Assembly (NCBI GenBank): GCA_046482545.1
Contig: JAWOEX010000010.1
Coordinates: 128,001 to 192,000 of the forward strand
Reading direction: 5' to 3'
Length of the DNA stretch: 64,000 bases
Source: Candidatus Thorarchaeota archaeon
GTDB lineage: Archaea > Asgardarchaeota > Thorarchaeia > Thorarchaeales > Thorarchaeaceae
Of the stretch, positions 19,140-29,055 are shown one piece after another. Both the position numbers and the translations under genes were made by a program. Position 1 is the stretch's first letter, and each line of letters begins with the position of its first letter. The notes below the pieces were generated by a model, which saw only the letters and a list, made by a program, of their open reading frames with translations, had not been told where the DNA came from and did not search any database.

Positions 19140-20460
19140 AAAATCCATTCGTTTTGTCAATATGTGGAAATGGACGGCGTACCTTGTCACTACACTTGAA
19201 TCCTGCATACCCTCGAGAACAATCCAAATCAATATCAACTAGCTCAATGTTGTGTGAATTCATCGCTGAGTCAATCTGGGACTCACCTTCGTGGGGTAAT
19301 AGCGAACATGTAGCATAAAGAATCTCGACTCCAGGAGAGTCTTTGAATGCCGTGATGATAGAATCAAGTATCTTGTGCTGAACAGTCATCATGGTGGAAA
19401 GATACTCTTTGTTCAGTCGCCATTTGTAGGATGGATCGCGCTGAAGAATGCCAGTAGAAGTGCAAGGAGCGTCGATCAGAATCTTGTCGATATTCCGAAC
19501 TGGAGGGTACGAAGCATCGGCCAGAAGCCATTGAGAAGAATCGCATCCCATCTCTCGGCATCTGTTGTGTCCAAGACGCATGCGCTCGGGATAGACATCG
19601 CTGGCTACCAATCTGCCCCTTGACCCAAGTATCTCAGCGATTAGCTGTGTTTTCATTCCAGGGGCTGCACATGAATCCCAGACTGTATCATTCTTGTTTG
19701 GTGCGAGAACATCGACTGCAATCACACTTGCCTTATCATGAATTAGTAGCCGGCCATCTTGAAAAATCTCGGACTGGACTACCTTGTCAATTCCCTCCGT
19801 AACATGATATAAATTCGCAAAGTCTTCATCGGGCACGAATCTGACATCAGTGTTCTTCATTAAATCCGTTCGATTCTCTTCTGGTACAAGCAAGCGGTTT
19901 ACTCGGACGTAATGCTCGGGAGTAGCGTTGTTTGCTTTCATCAGCTCGATAGCTTCCCTTTCAGGAAGATGTTCCAGAAGTGTGTGCACCATAAAGGTTG
20001 GATGTGATAGCCTAATACTTAGTTGACCTACACGATCAAAATGGGCAATTGCATCTTCGACATCAAGTGTGAGGGCCCTCCGAATAGCTTCTGTCAGCTC
20101 ATCCCCATTTTCCAGATACTGGTTTTTTAGGGTCTTGAACGAAACTCGCAACCATCGTCCCTCAAAAATAGCCAAGCGTAACATTGCTCTTCTGGGTATC
20201 GATAAGGAGCTAGGGCTTCGGTTTCTCAATACCCTCGCTATGATGAAATCAATCGTATTGAGGCGCTTGAGAACCCCCAATACAAGCATATTCAGAGATG
20301 CCGCTTGCGCACCAGAAAGACCTGTCCTCTTAGCTGTATCTCGCAGTATCGTTCTTGCTGATGCTGAAATCCTTTCATATCTTGAAAGTGTTGAAACCGC
20401 AAGATTTCGAATTCTCGAGTCAGGGCTGATCGCATTCGAACTCAAATTCGTCACATTCAC
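19111..20460 (-). CDS. RsmB/NOP2-family RNA m5C methyltransferase with NusB-like N-terminus
   Basis: DSCAAPGMKT, IDAPCTSTG, YATCSL, GFFISKL motifs. Confidence 0.95.
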   Translation of the reverse strand: MNVTNLSSNAISPDSRIRNLAVSTLSRYERISASARTILRDTAKRTGLSGAQAASLNMLVLGVLKRLNTIDFIIARVLRNRSPSSLSIPRRAMLRLAIFEGRWLRVSFKTLKNQYLENGDELTEAIRRALTLDVEDAIAHFDRVGQLSIRLSHPTFMVHTLLEHLPEREAIELMKANNATPEHYVRVNRLLVPEENRTDLMKNTDVRFVPDEDFANLYHVTEGIDKVVQSEIFQDGRLLIHDKASVIAVDVLAPNKNDTVWDSCAAPGMKTQLIAEILGSRGRLVASDVYPERMRLGHNRCREMGCDSSQWLLADASYPPVRNIDKILIDAPCTSTGILQRDPSYKWRLNKEYLSTMMTVQHKILDSIITAFKDSPGVEILYATCSLLPHEGESQIDSAMNSHNIELVDIDLDCSRGYAGFKCSDKVRRPFPHIDKTNGFFISKLRIPR

Positions 20461-22127
20461 AGGTTTGGGCTATTTGGGCCGCTGTGCACGTACTTCATAC
20501 GGGAGAGCATAACGGGGAAAAACTTCCCACCGATGATGCCAGAATCCTTGTATCCGCCCAGATGTGGCATATGGGGGTCGAAGTACAAATGATCCTGATT
20601 AATAGTCACACCGGCTGCTTCAATGCCTTTGGTCCACTTCTGAATAACCGATTCATCTTCAGTAAACACCGAAGAACGTAAGCCAAAACGGGAAGCATTG
20701 GCGATGGAAATTGCTTGATCAACGCTGCTAACTGAGAGAACTGGCAGAGCTGGAGCAAATACTTCTTCTCGCATAATGGCCATATCCTGTTTGACATTTG
20801 TCAGGACAGTGGGCTCGTAGAACAGGCCAGCAGGGTCTTCCTCGCTCAGATAATTAAGACGTCGTCCACCCGTAACAACTTCCGCGCCTTTGGCTCGGGC
20901 ATCTTTCATTTGGTTCAGTAAACCGTAGAGCGCATTGATACCAAGAGGAGGTAGATCAGTTTCGGGATTTGAGGGGCGACCAACGTTCAGCTTTCTTGCT
21001 TCCTCCACAACCCGCTCAACTAAATCGTCATGAAGATCCTCTTGGACCAGCAATCTCTTGATAGCCATACAAGCTTGACCACTTCCGAGATATCTTCCTT
21101 TAACAATCATCCGAGCGGCAAAGTCGAGGTCAACATCACGCCCCCAAACAAGACAGGCGTCGCTTCCAGCCAGTTCAGGAGCCATTTGGATCCTTCTAGA
21201 CAAAGCCTTCGACCAAAGCTGAATACCTGTATCACTATCACCATACCAGACAATTGCGCTTGTTCGGGAATCATCCATGAATCTCTTCATGAGCTCCTTG
21301 CCGCCGCCAGTCAGAACCTGTACCATCGCTTTCGGAAAGCCCATTTCCAAGAAACGGTTCATGAACACCCGACCCAAGAGTATGGTGCTCAGAGGGACCT
21401 TGCTTGGCGGCTTGATAATAGTGGCATTTCCAGCCAGAATCGATGAGGTTATGCTCAGAATCCCCAAAGCGAGAGGTGAATTGTAGGGGGTGAAGAGACA
21501 AGCTACTCCGTAAGGCTCTCTGAAGCGATAGTTATTCCCTCCATCACGGCCCGGGTCTTCTTGGATATCAAGCTGCTCAGCCCAGATTTCAAAGGTTTCC
21601 CTTTCCAGATATTCAGTAAACATATCCCACGTCCATTCAAATGTCTTGATAGGGACACCCTCTTTGATAGAAACTTCACGGACTTCTTGGAACCTCTCTT
21701 TCACATCAAGGCCCGCTTTGTAGAGACCTTCAACCCTGTCTTCAATTGTGAGACCGTTTCCCGAAGTCTTGAGAGGGTTGAAGAGCTGTTTATGGTCGCG
21801 CACACCCACACCTAGCGCTTCGTCGATGTCCTTTTCTCGAGAGAGGCATACTTGAGCATACATAACCTCCTCCAACTCATCTTTCGAATATTCCGGTACG
21901 CCATGATGCTTTCTGTAGTCGCGGAGATACCTCATAGCCCCCTGATTGGATGGGATGAGCCAAGGTAACTTTGTGAAGGCTAATCTCTCAAATGTAGAAG
22001 CTTCTTGCAGCTGGAGTGCTATGGCTAATCCAGGATCAGCTACAACTGCATCCATATCTGGGAATCTTACGTAGTTTCCTGTATCTACAGTATGAGAATC
22101 AACCAAAATGGGGTAAAGGCTCATCAC
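20457..22127 (-). CDS. Aldehyde dehydrogenase family protein
   Basis: PYNSP, GNATIIKP, ELAG, SGQAC catalytic Cys, EEVFAP motifs. Confidence 0.9.
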   Translation of the reverse strand: MMSLYPILVDSHTVDTGNYVRFPDMDAVVADPGLAIALQLQEASTFERLAFTKLPWLIPSNQGAMRYLRDYRKHHGVPEYSKDELEEVMYAQVCLSREKDIDEALGVGVRDHKQLFNPLKTSGNGLTIEDRVEGLYKAGLDVKERFQEVREVSIKEGVPIKTFEWTWDMFTEYLERETFEIWAEQLDIQEDPGRDGGNNYRFREPYGVACLFTPYNSPLALGILSITSSILAGNATIIKPPSKVPLSTILLGRVFMNRFLEMGFPKAMVQVLTGGGKELMKRFMDDSRTSAIVWYGDSDTGIQLWSKALSRRIQMAPELAGSDACLVWGRDVDLDFAARMIVKGRYLGSGQACMAIKRLLVQEDLHDDLVERVVEEARKLNVGRPSNPETDLPPLGINALYGLLNQMKDARAKGAEVVTGGRRLNYLSEEDPAGLFYEPTVLTNVKQDMAIMREEVFAPALPVLSVSSVDQAISIANASRFGLRSSVFTEDESVIQKWTKGIEAAGVTINQDHLYFDPHMPHLGGYKDSGIIGGKFFPVMLSRMKYVHSGPNSPNL

Positions 22128-22188
22128 TAATCCTCTTCTAGCTTCTCAAGTCATAACGGCAATACAGCAGCTCTAAGAATATTTCGGC

Positions 22189-22677
22189 CTAGTCCAATGG
22201 CCTTTCGTACATCTGAACTAGCATACCATCTGTTTGTTCATAAGGTTCGCCCCATGGTTTGAAGCCGAATTTCTCCATCAATCGTTCGCCTACCTCATAT
22301 CCAGCTAGAATGTTACAGTAATTCCTTTCACAACCATGCTCGCGTCCGTACTCAGCAAACTGTTTGTACATGGCAGATGCCAACCCCGACCCACAGCACT
22401 CAGGTGCCACTGTCTGATGCTCTCCGTACAGTCCCTTGTCGGTAATCTTTGCTTTGTATACGCCCACTATTTTCCCTCTGAGTCTGCTGCCGAAGTAGTG
22501 GTACCCTTCGTGCATTTCTTCAATGATTTGCTCCGGTTCATAAGCTCGTGATTCCCGCCAGTGCTTCGGATAGACCTTTGCCGTCGGCCAGACCTCTTTA
22601 AACAGCTCCGAGATTTCCTCAGCATCTTCTTCATCGAATTCGACTATTACAATCTCGTCAGCTGGAATATGAGCCAT
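22189..22677 (-). CDS. GNAT family N-acetyltransferase
   Basis: V.P..GSGLAS motif A; EKFGF. Confidence 0.85.
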   Translation of the reverse strand: MAHIPADEIVIVEFDEEDAEEISELFKEVWPTAKVYPKHWRESRAYEPEQIIEEMHEGYHYFGSRLRGKIVGVYKAKITDKGLYGEHQTVAPECCGSGLASAMYKQFAEYGREHGCERNYCNILAGYEVGERLMEKFGFKPWGEPYEQTDGMLVQMYERPLD

Positions 22678-22733
22678 GGGATGCTAGTCTCCCATTCTTT
22701 ATGAATGAGAACGTGCTCATAAATGAAATGGAA

Positions 22734-23858
22734 TTAACAATAGATTTTTGCCCAAGCGTATGCTTCTTGGATGGGGGTGCAAGCACCGCATTTGTGGCAC
22801 CCAGCAACGGTTTCCTTCGGGTTAAGGTTATATTGGAATAGAATTTTCCCCACATTCTTGTAAAATTCCAGAGTTTCATCAAGATTCGAAATATAAGAGG
22901 GGCGGTAATCTTTCAGCTCACTCCGATAAGCTGGGCGTACTGGAGCTACAACCGGAAGAACACCCATTTTGGCAATTTTTCTCATGAATCGCAATATGGA
23001 TTCGTGATTTTCACCAAAACCATGAAGCAAAAATGTGCTCACATGACCTCGTTCAAAGTGTTCTAATGCGTATTCCCAGCTCTTCAGGTATAGCTGGACT
23101 GTTCCGTGTTCAGCCTTCCCGGGGCAGATTCGCTTTCTCAGCTCTTCGTCAGCAATTTCAAGATGCATACCAAGAGCGTCAGCTCCTGCTTCGGATACGC
23201 GGGATATGTAGGAATTCTGTTTCGGCGGCTCAAATTGCACACCTATGGGGATGTCACTAATTTCTCGAATCGCCCGGATTGTCTTCTCCATCCGTAAAGC
23301 ACCCATGTCATCCGAAGGGGGAGTTCCTGTTGTTAGAAGTACATCTTTTGCTACACCTTCATTTTCAGCTTCAGCCACTACTTCTGCTAGTTGAGAAGAT
23401 GTTTTCTCCAAGAGTGTGTTACCATTCCTGTATGATAGCGGAATGGTACAGAACTGGCATTGAGTGCCACACTCCCAGTATCTGCAGGTTTGGTACAAGG
23501 TTGTAGCAAGAGTCCCCGTACCATGAAGAAGCGCAATCTTCCGATATGGGACCCCGTCGTCTGTTTTCTTCTCATAGAATCTTGGATGGGGAACCATTTG
23601 GAGTTCAACCATATCATCATAGACCCATACCATCGGGTCTTCAGTGGCCTCTAGAGGAGCAGAACCGTATTCGCTAGCTTCATTCCCCCGTCTTATTGGA
23701 ATCCCACAAGTAGTCCCATTGGGTAGGATGAAATATCGACCTTTGACAGGGCCAGCTCCACCCGTTCTTCCACCATATTCTTCGGGCGGAAGTGTGGCTC
23801 CTTCAGTAAGAAGGCGAGCTTTCAAACGAAGGACACGTTCTGGATCCATTGAACTCAC
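22734..23858 (-). CDS. Radical SAM protein, MSMEG_0568-like
   Basis: GVPYRKIALLHG..LATT..QTC, Cx8CxxC, ICPGK, C-terminal GCHKCGAC. Confidence 0.85.
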   Translation of the reverse strand: MSSMDPERVLRLKARLLTEGATLPPEEYGGRTGGAGPVKGRYFILPNGTTCGIPIRRGNEASEYGSAPLEATEDPMVWVYDDMVELQMVPHPRFYEKKTDDGVPYRKIALLHGTGTLATTLYQTCRYWECGTQCQFCTIPLSYRNGNTLLEKTSSQLAEVVAEAENEGVAKDVLLTTGTPPSDDMGALRMEKTIRAIREISDIPIGVQFEPPKQNSYISRVSEAGADALGMHLEIADEELRKRICPGKAEHGTVQLYLKSWEYALEHFERGHVSTFLLHGFGENHESILRFMRKIAKMGVLPVVAPVRPAYRSELKDYRPSYISNLDETLEFYKNVGKILFQYNLNPKETVAGCHKCGACTPIQEAYAWAKIYC

Positions 23859-23878
23859 ACATTCTTTTCTCTGTAGCC

Positions 23879-25012
23879 CTAATCTCTCTTAGCTTTCCGG
23901 CTATCTGATGAGCTATTCATAGCTTTGAGTACGACCTCGGGTAAATCAAGAACTTGAATTGCTTCTCCTGCCTGTCTGGCCAACATGTTTTTGCAGAACG
24001 GGCAAGCCGTAACCAGAACATCCGCTCCTGTCCTAGCAGCTTCAGAAACTCGCTCCTGACCGATATTGCCCGCATGATCAGGAAAAAGCGTCCTCAATCC
24101 TGCACCATTTCCACAGCATAAGGAATCATCACGGTTGCGCTCCATTTCATGGATACCGTTTGAACTGACCGCGTTTAGAGCTTGCCTTGGTTCTTCATAG
24201 ATGCCCATATGTCGACCCAAATGGCAAGGGTCATGATAGGTCAGAGAGGTATCGGTCATCTCGATATCAATCTCGTCCATATTCTCACTTAGAAACTGGC
24301 TGATGTGTTGCACTGGTTTATTGATTTCAAGCCCCTGTTCTGCATAATCAAGAGAAAGCGCTTTGTAACAACCAGGACAGGTCACGACAATCACTGAAGC
24401 GTCAATAGCATTGAGAATCTCAGCATTGTGTTCTGCTTGTTCAAGAGCTTCATTTCTGAAGCCAGTTCTGAACAGAGGAGAGGCGCAACACCACTCCTCA
24501 TCTGTAATGATAACGTCGTAGTGTAGATGTGACAGCAAATCCACTGTCGCTTCTGCAATTTCCCGTTCTCTGTATACAGCAGTACATCCTGTAAAATAGA
24601 TAACACGTTCTTTTCCGTCCTCTTTAGATTCTAGCCAATCATTGCGTTTGGAATGCGGCTCACCGAAGGGATTATGATCTGTAAGAACGGCATCTACCAT
24701 AGAATCAAGTGCGGGGGGATATCGTTTCTCATCCACTAGTTCAACCCTGACTTTTTCCACAATGTCAGCTATGTCAATCTCCGGCAAACACCATGTCAAA
24801 CAATTGGAGCACTCCAAACACTGATACAGAACTTCAATGCCCCGCTCATCCAGAGAACGTGTTCCTGTAACATGTTGATGAATGAGAAGAGCTCTTCCGT
24901 GAGGGGTTGGAGAATCCGAACGCCACGAAATGAAAGTCGGACAAGCATGTCTGCAAAGCTTGGGACACGCTGCGCACATCCGCACATCTTCCTGTGACTC
25001 TTCAGATAGCAT
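23879..25012 (-). CDS. Fe-S/CCG-domain oxidoreductase subunit (GlpC/HdrD-like)
   Basis: CxxCxxxCxxxCP ferredoxin motifs; WCC, HDPCHLGR, CCG, TACPFC motifs. Confidence 0.9.
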   Translation of the reverse strand: MLSEESQEDVRMCAACPKLCRHACPTFISWRSDSPTPHGRALLIHQHVTGTRSLDERGIEVLYQCLECSNCLTWCLPEIDIADIVEKVRVELVDEKRYPPALDSMVDAVLTDHNPFGEPHSKRNDWLESKEDGKERVIYFTGCTAVYREREIAEATVDLLSHLHYDVIITDEEWCCASPLFRTGFRNEALEQAEHNAEILNAIDASVIVVTCPGCYKALSLDYAEQGLEINKPVQHISQFLSENMDEIDIEMTDTSLTYHDPCHLGRHMGIYEEPRQALNAVSSNGIHEMERNRDDSLCCGNGAGLRTLFPDHAGNIGQERVSEAARTGADVLVTACPFCKNMLARQAGEAIQVLDLPEVVLKAMNSSSDSRKAKRD

Positions 25013-26436
25013 TAGCGCACCCCCAACCCGAGCTTGCCGGGGTTCATAATGCCATTCGGATCAAGCTCATCCTTGATTTTCTTCAATACCCCAAATCCTG
25101 ATTCCAACTCATCCTCAACATACGTGCTCCGAAGGATCCCAACCCCATGCTGATGACTCATCGTTCCGCCATTCTTCAAGCATGCTTCAACACCGTCATC
25201 CCAGATTTTCTCATAGGTATTCCAAGCGGTTTCTGCATCGGGTTGTGAGCTGAAGAAAATCATGTAGATGGACCCCCCATTTTCATACATGTGGCTGAAG
25301 TGTGAAAGGACAAATGCTCCATGTTTTTCCATGGCCTCTTTCATACCATGATAAACATCCTCAAGGCAATCGTAAGTGGCTACAATGTCAATTGTATCAC
25401 CAATGGCATAACCACCGGTAGTGAGCTTTGTCGGGTAATACATATCGTAGCGGTGCTCCCACCAGTATTGTGAAGGCTCAACACCGAAGTCTTCACCACC
25501 TTCTTCAAGATAGATTTCTGTGCTGACCTGTTCATCAAGTTCAACCTGCTCTAGACGGCCATCAAAAGCCAGCAATAGCATGCAATCACCCTCAGGAACA
25601 TCAAAGCGTGTAGAAATGTGCATTGCGGTGTCCTCCGGGTCATATAGTCTGACTACTGATGGTTTAAGACCTGCTCTGAAGATACGCTTGATTGCCTGCA
25701 AACCACTATGAACATCAGGAAAGCTCATACTACGGAATCGGCGTTCCTCCGGCCTTGGGAAGAGCCTCACCGTAGCCTCAGTGATTATTCCGAGTGTTCC
25801 CTCGGATCCAATGAATAACTCACGAAGATCAGGCCCAACAGAGTGCCTAGGAACCGCCTTGCATCTCGTTATCGTACCATCAGGAAGAACAACCTTGAGT
25901 CCTAGTGTGAGGTCCTCAATTTTGCCGTACTTCGAAGACATGGATCCTCCAGACCGCGTAGCAATGAACCCGCCAAGATTAGAAGCTCTCATGGATGTAG
26001 GCGTATGACCAGTGATGTAACCGTGACGGTTGACTTCCCGCTCCAACTCGATTCCTATGATTCCAGCCTGAGCAGTCACTAGCATGGATTCCTCATCTAT
26101 GCTAAGAATCTTGTTCATCCTCTTGAGGTCTAGTTGAATACCACCATAGATAGGCAAGGTGCCACCGCATACGCCAGCTCCACCGCCTACTGGAATCACT
26201 GGAATTTTCATCTCATTCGCCAGTTTCAGAACGGCAGCTATTTCTTCCTCATCTGCAGGAAATACAACGAAATCAGCTTTGGGAAGAATCTCCCCAGCGC
26301 GAATCTTAGCCTCGCTTAGCGGCCAAGCATCGTGAGCATTGAGAATCGCATCTGTTTCCTGGGTATATACGTGCGCTTCACCAACTATTTCTACAAGAGT
26401 TTTAAGAGCTTGATTCTTGGTTTCAGCATCAATCAT
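25012..26436 (-). CDS. FAD-linked oxidoreductase, alkyl-DHAP-synthase/GlcD family
   Basis: GHTPTS..SNLGGFIATRSGG..S.KYGKIEDL, GSEGTLGIIT, SHQHGVG, DPNGIMNPG motifs; ATG 26436. Confidence 0.9.
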   Translation of the reverse strand: MIDAETKNQALKTLVEIVGEAHVYTQETDAILNAHDAWPLSEAKIRAGEILPKADFVVFPADEEEIAAVLKLANEMKIPVIPVGGGAGVCGGTLPIYGGIQLDLKRMNKILSIDEESMLVTAQAGIIGIELEREVNRHGYITGHTPTSMRASNLGGFIATRSGGSMSSKYGKIEDLTLGLKVVLPDGTITRCKAVPRHSVGPDLRELFIGSEGTLGIITEATVRLFPRPEERRFRSMSFPDVHSGLQAIKRIFRAGLKPSVVRLYDPEDTAMHISTRFDVPEGDCMLLLAFDGRLEQVELDEQVSTEIYLEEGGEDFGVEPSQYWWEHRYDMYYPTKLTTGGYAIGDTIDIVATYDCLEDVYHGMKEAMEKHGAFVLSHFSHMYENGGSIYMIFFSSQPDAETAWNTYEKIWDDGVEACLKNGGTMSHQHGVGILRSTYVEDELESGFGVLKKIKDELDPNGIMNPGKLGLGVR

Positions 26437-27685
26437 TTGAAAGTCCCTCTTCGAAAGGCAGGTATTGAGCAACGAACACACTCAAATCATCGACATCAAT
26501 GGACGAGCCACTTTTGAAAAGTCGCGCCTCCAGTTGAGCAGTACAAAGCGGACATGGAGTGACGACTCGGTCGGCATCGGTCTGTTCTATGCAGTCTATA
26601 TTCCCCTGTGTGACGGCATCAGCAACATCACCAGAATGATACGCGACAAGACCACCTCCTCCACAGCACGAGTCTTCAGCTTCTGAAAGAGAAATATCTA
26701 CACCCGGGAGACAATCAAGAATTTCCAAAGCTTCTTGCATAAGCTGTCTCGAGGTATGTCGAATAAGATGGCATGGATCATGCACAGTCACAACAAGTCT
26801 GCTTCTTCGCGTTTCTTTCGTTGTGTTTTCTCTTAGCTTATCGAGACCGATGACTTCAGTCAGATACTCAACGAGATGATAGACCGGTATGCCCCAGTGA
26901 TCGCGAGATGCCAGATAGGATAGGTTGGATGTGCACCCTGCACAAGTGGTAACAATCTTTTCAATGCCAAGATTATCGATTTTTGCCTTTAGTTCATCAG
27001 CTAGTTCTCGGGCGGTCATATCATCTCCCATCAACCTAGACGGAAGACCACAGCAACTCAATTCACCAAGTAACGTGTAGTCTACTTCAAAAAACTCGAG
27101 AACCGCCTTGCCAGCTTCTTTCACTTCTTGAGCTATTTCTTCAGCTTGGCAACCGGGATAGAAAAGAACTCCAGCGTCTTTCACAACACGGTCTGGAATG
27201 GCCGGTAATCCAAAGCGCTCTCGCCTCATATCGCGGCTTGCTTTTCTCTCTTCTTCGTCATCCCATGGCTCGAAAGCAAGATGATGCTCCAAGATGATTT
27301 CACGTACAACGTGAAGCCCTTTTGGCACTAAATCTGGCCGATGCTCGAAAATTCTAGCTCTAATGATGTTGACAATTTCAGGGATATTGACGTTCTTTGG
27401 ACATACCTCACGGCAAGTTCCGCAGCCTGTGCAAAGATAAACCATGTCACCAGTACTCCAGAATTCAGGAGATGATCTGCTCAGCTCCACAGCAATACTC
27501 CGAGGGCCAGAGAAGCGATTGACTCCTACTGCTGCAACAACCGGGCAATGATTAATACAAGTGCCACAATTTATGCAGTTCTCAATGCTTGATATAATGT
27601 CGAGTTCATCCGGTTTAAAGGGCGATATGCCCTCTTCCTGCAGGGACTCCTGAACAGTTTCATACGCTTCTTCCTCACTCATCAT
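26429..27685 (-). CDS. glpC: Anaerobic glycerol-3-phosphate dehydrogenase subunit C-like Fe-S protein
   Basis: Two 4Fe-4S motifs plus two CCG domains; ATGA overlap with the glpB stop. Confidence 0.8.
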   Translation of the reverse strand: MMSEEEAYETVQESLQEEGISPFKPDELDIISSIENCINCGTCINHCPVVAAVGVNRFSGPRSIAVELSRSSPEFWSTGDMVYLCTGCGTCREVCPKNVNIPEIVNIIRARIFEHRPDLVPKGLHVVREIILEHHLAFEPWDDEEERKASRDMRRERFGLPAIPDRVVKDAGVLFYPGCQAEEIAQEVKEAGKAVLEFFEVDYTLLGELSCCGLPSRLMGDDMTARELADELKAKIDNLGIEKIVTTCAGCTSNLSYLASRDHWGIPVYHLVEYLTEVIGLDKLRENTTKETRRSRLVVTVHDPCHLIRHTSRQLMQEALEILDCLPGVDISLSEAEDSCCGGGGLVAYHSGDVADAVTQGNIDCIEQTDADRVVTPCPLCTAQLEARLFKSGSSIDVDDLSVFVAQYLPFEEGLSND

Positions 27686-29055
27686 TCTGCACCTTCTAGA
27701 TATTGGGCCACTTGCTTCCCTGCAACATACCCAGACAATAGAGCAACTCCCAAGCCGCTTTTCTCCGTCGGATATCTGTAGCCTGCGATGACAGAACCAG
27801 CACAGAAGAAATTCTTTCCCACCGGTTTTCCGTTTCTTCCAACAGGTTTCAAAGAGCTGTCGACAGGAACACCACATCCGTACAGGGCATGGCCTTCTTC
27901 AGAAACCGCCACACGCTTTGTGAGTTCTCTCGGAGGTGTGTGGCTTGCCGACTCGTATTTTTCTGTTACAACGGGTATATCGAAAACTGTCTCGCTAAGG
28001 CCATCTTTATCACCAGCTATTCCACCGCCGATGAATTTCCCAGTCGCCAGCACAATTGCCTTTGTCTCTATACTGAGCGATCTAGCTGGTCCACTGATCT
28101 CAATTGAACGAAGATTTGACTCTTCGAACGATTTAGGTTTACATTCATAACCAATCATCAATGAGCCTCCACTTTTCTTGAACATCTCATCAAGGGACCG
28201 CTGAAGGCGCATTCCGGGTACAGAAGGCGGCAGAGCTAACAATTCGAGAACAGTAGCATCCGTAGCTTCTTCCATGTTTCTACGAATCTTATGAGGGTGC
28301 TTCAGTCCTAAAACAGACGGGAAGGCTATGTGAGTGGCACCCACAGACTCAGCTTCGTGAGTCAATTCATTAAGCATAGGCTCTAATCCGTCACCCCCAT
28401 GGTCGAAATGACGTGCTAATCCAATGGAGGAGATATTCTGTTTCGAGCCATGTGGAGAGACAGATAACTCACAATGAGCGACCTTTTGCGGCGGGATCTG
28501 ACCTGACAGCTGATTATCAACGAAGGTACGAGCCGCCACTTCAGCATCGAAATCTTGGTGACCTGAAAAGCCAGCAAAAAGAAGACAGCTATCAGAATCA
28601 GACATAAGATTACCTGGATTCATACCCTTCTGGACAAGACAAGTTGGTTTCGTCGTGCCCAGCATCGTAATAGCTTCGAAGTTGTTGTTAAGTGAGCCAT
28701 GTAGGGCCGCAGGTGATTTCTGGAGGCGATTCTTGAGGTAAGATATAGCTTCAGCAATACGGTAATTCGATTGATTGGATTCCTCACGGACAGCAGAAGA
28801 TACGTCTTCGAGGAATCCATAGGGATGAAAAGCGTGTGTACCAGCCAATGAAATCATCCCTTCGATTGGAGAAGAAAAAGGAAAACATGATTCCGGCATG
28901 TAGCCAGCAACATCAATGGCTCCCGATGAATATGCAGTTGCACTCTGTCCTTTCCTGAGTGCTACAACATCAAAGTCTGATTCTGCTGCGATGCTACCTG
29001 CAACTAAGCCGGCCATACCGCCTCCAATAACTACGAGATCACAGTCAAAATCCAT
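27682..29055 (-). CDS. glpB: Anaerobic glycerol-3-phosphate dehydrogenase subunit B
   Basis: GGGMAG, SSGAID, HPY, PPSVPGMRL, LATGKFIGGG, SGLGVA motifs. Confidence 0.9.
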   Translation of the reverse strand: MDFDCDLVVIGGGMAGLVAGSIAAESDFDVVALRKGQSATAYSSGAIDVAGYMPESCFPFSSPIEGMISLAGTHAFHPYGFLEDVSSAVREESNQSNYRIAEAISYLKNRLQKSPAALHGSLNNNFEAITMLGTTKPTCLVQKGMNPGNLMSDSDSCLLFAGFSGHQDFDAEVAARTFVDNQLSGQIPPQKVAHCELSVSPHGSKQNISSIGLARHFDHGGDGLEPMLNELTHEAESVGATHIAFPSVLGLKHPHKIRRNMEEATDATVLELLALPPSVPGMRLQRSLDEMFKKSGGSLMIGYECKPKSFEESNLRSIEISGPARSLSIETKAIVLATGKFIGGGIAGDKDGLSETVFDIPVVTEKYESASHTPPRELTKRVAVSEEGHALYGCGVPVDSSLKPVGRNGKPVGKNFFCAGSVIAGYRYPTEKSGLGVALLSGYVAGKQVAQYLEGAE

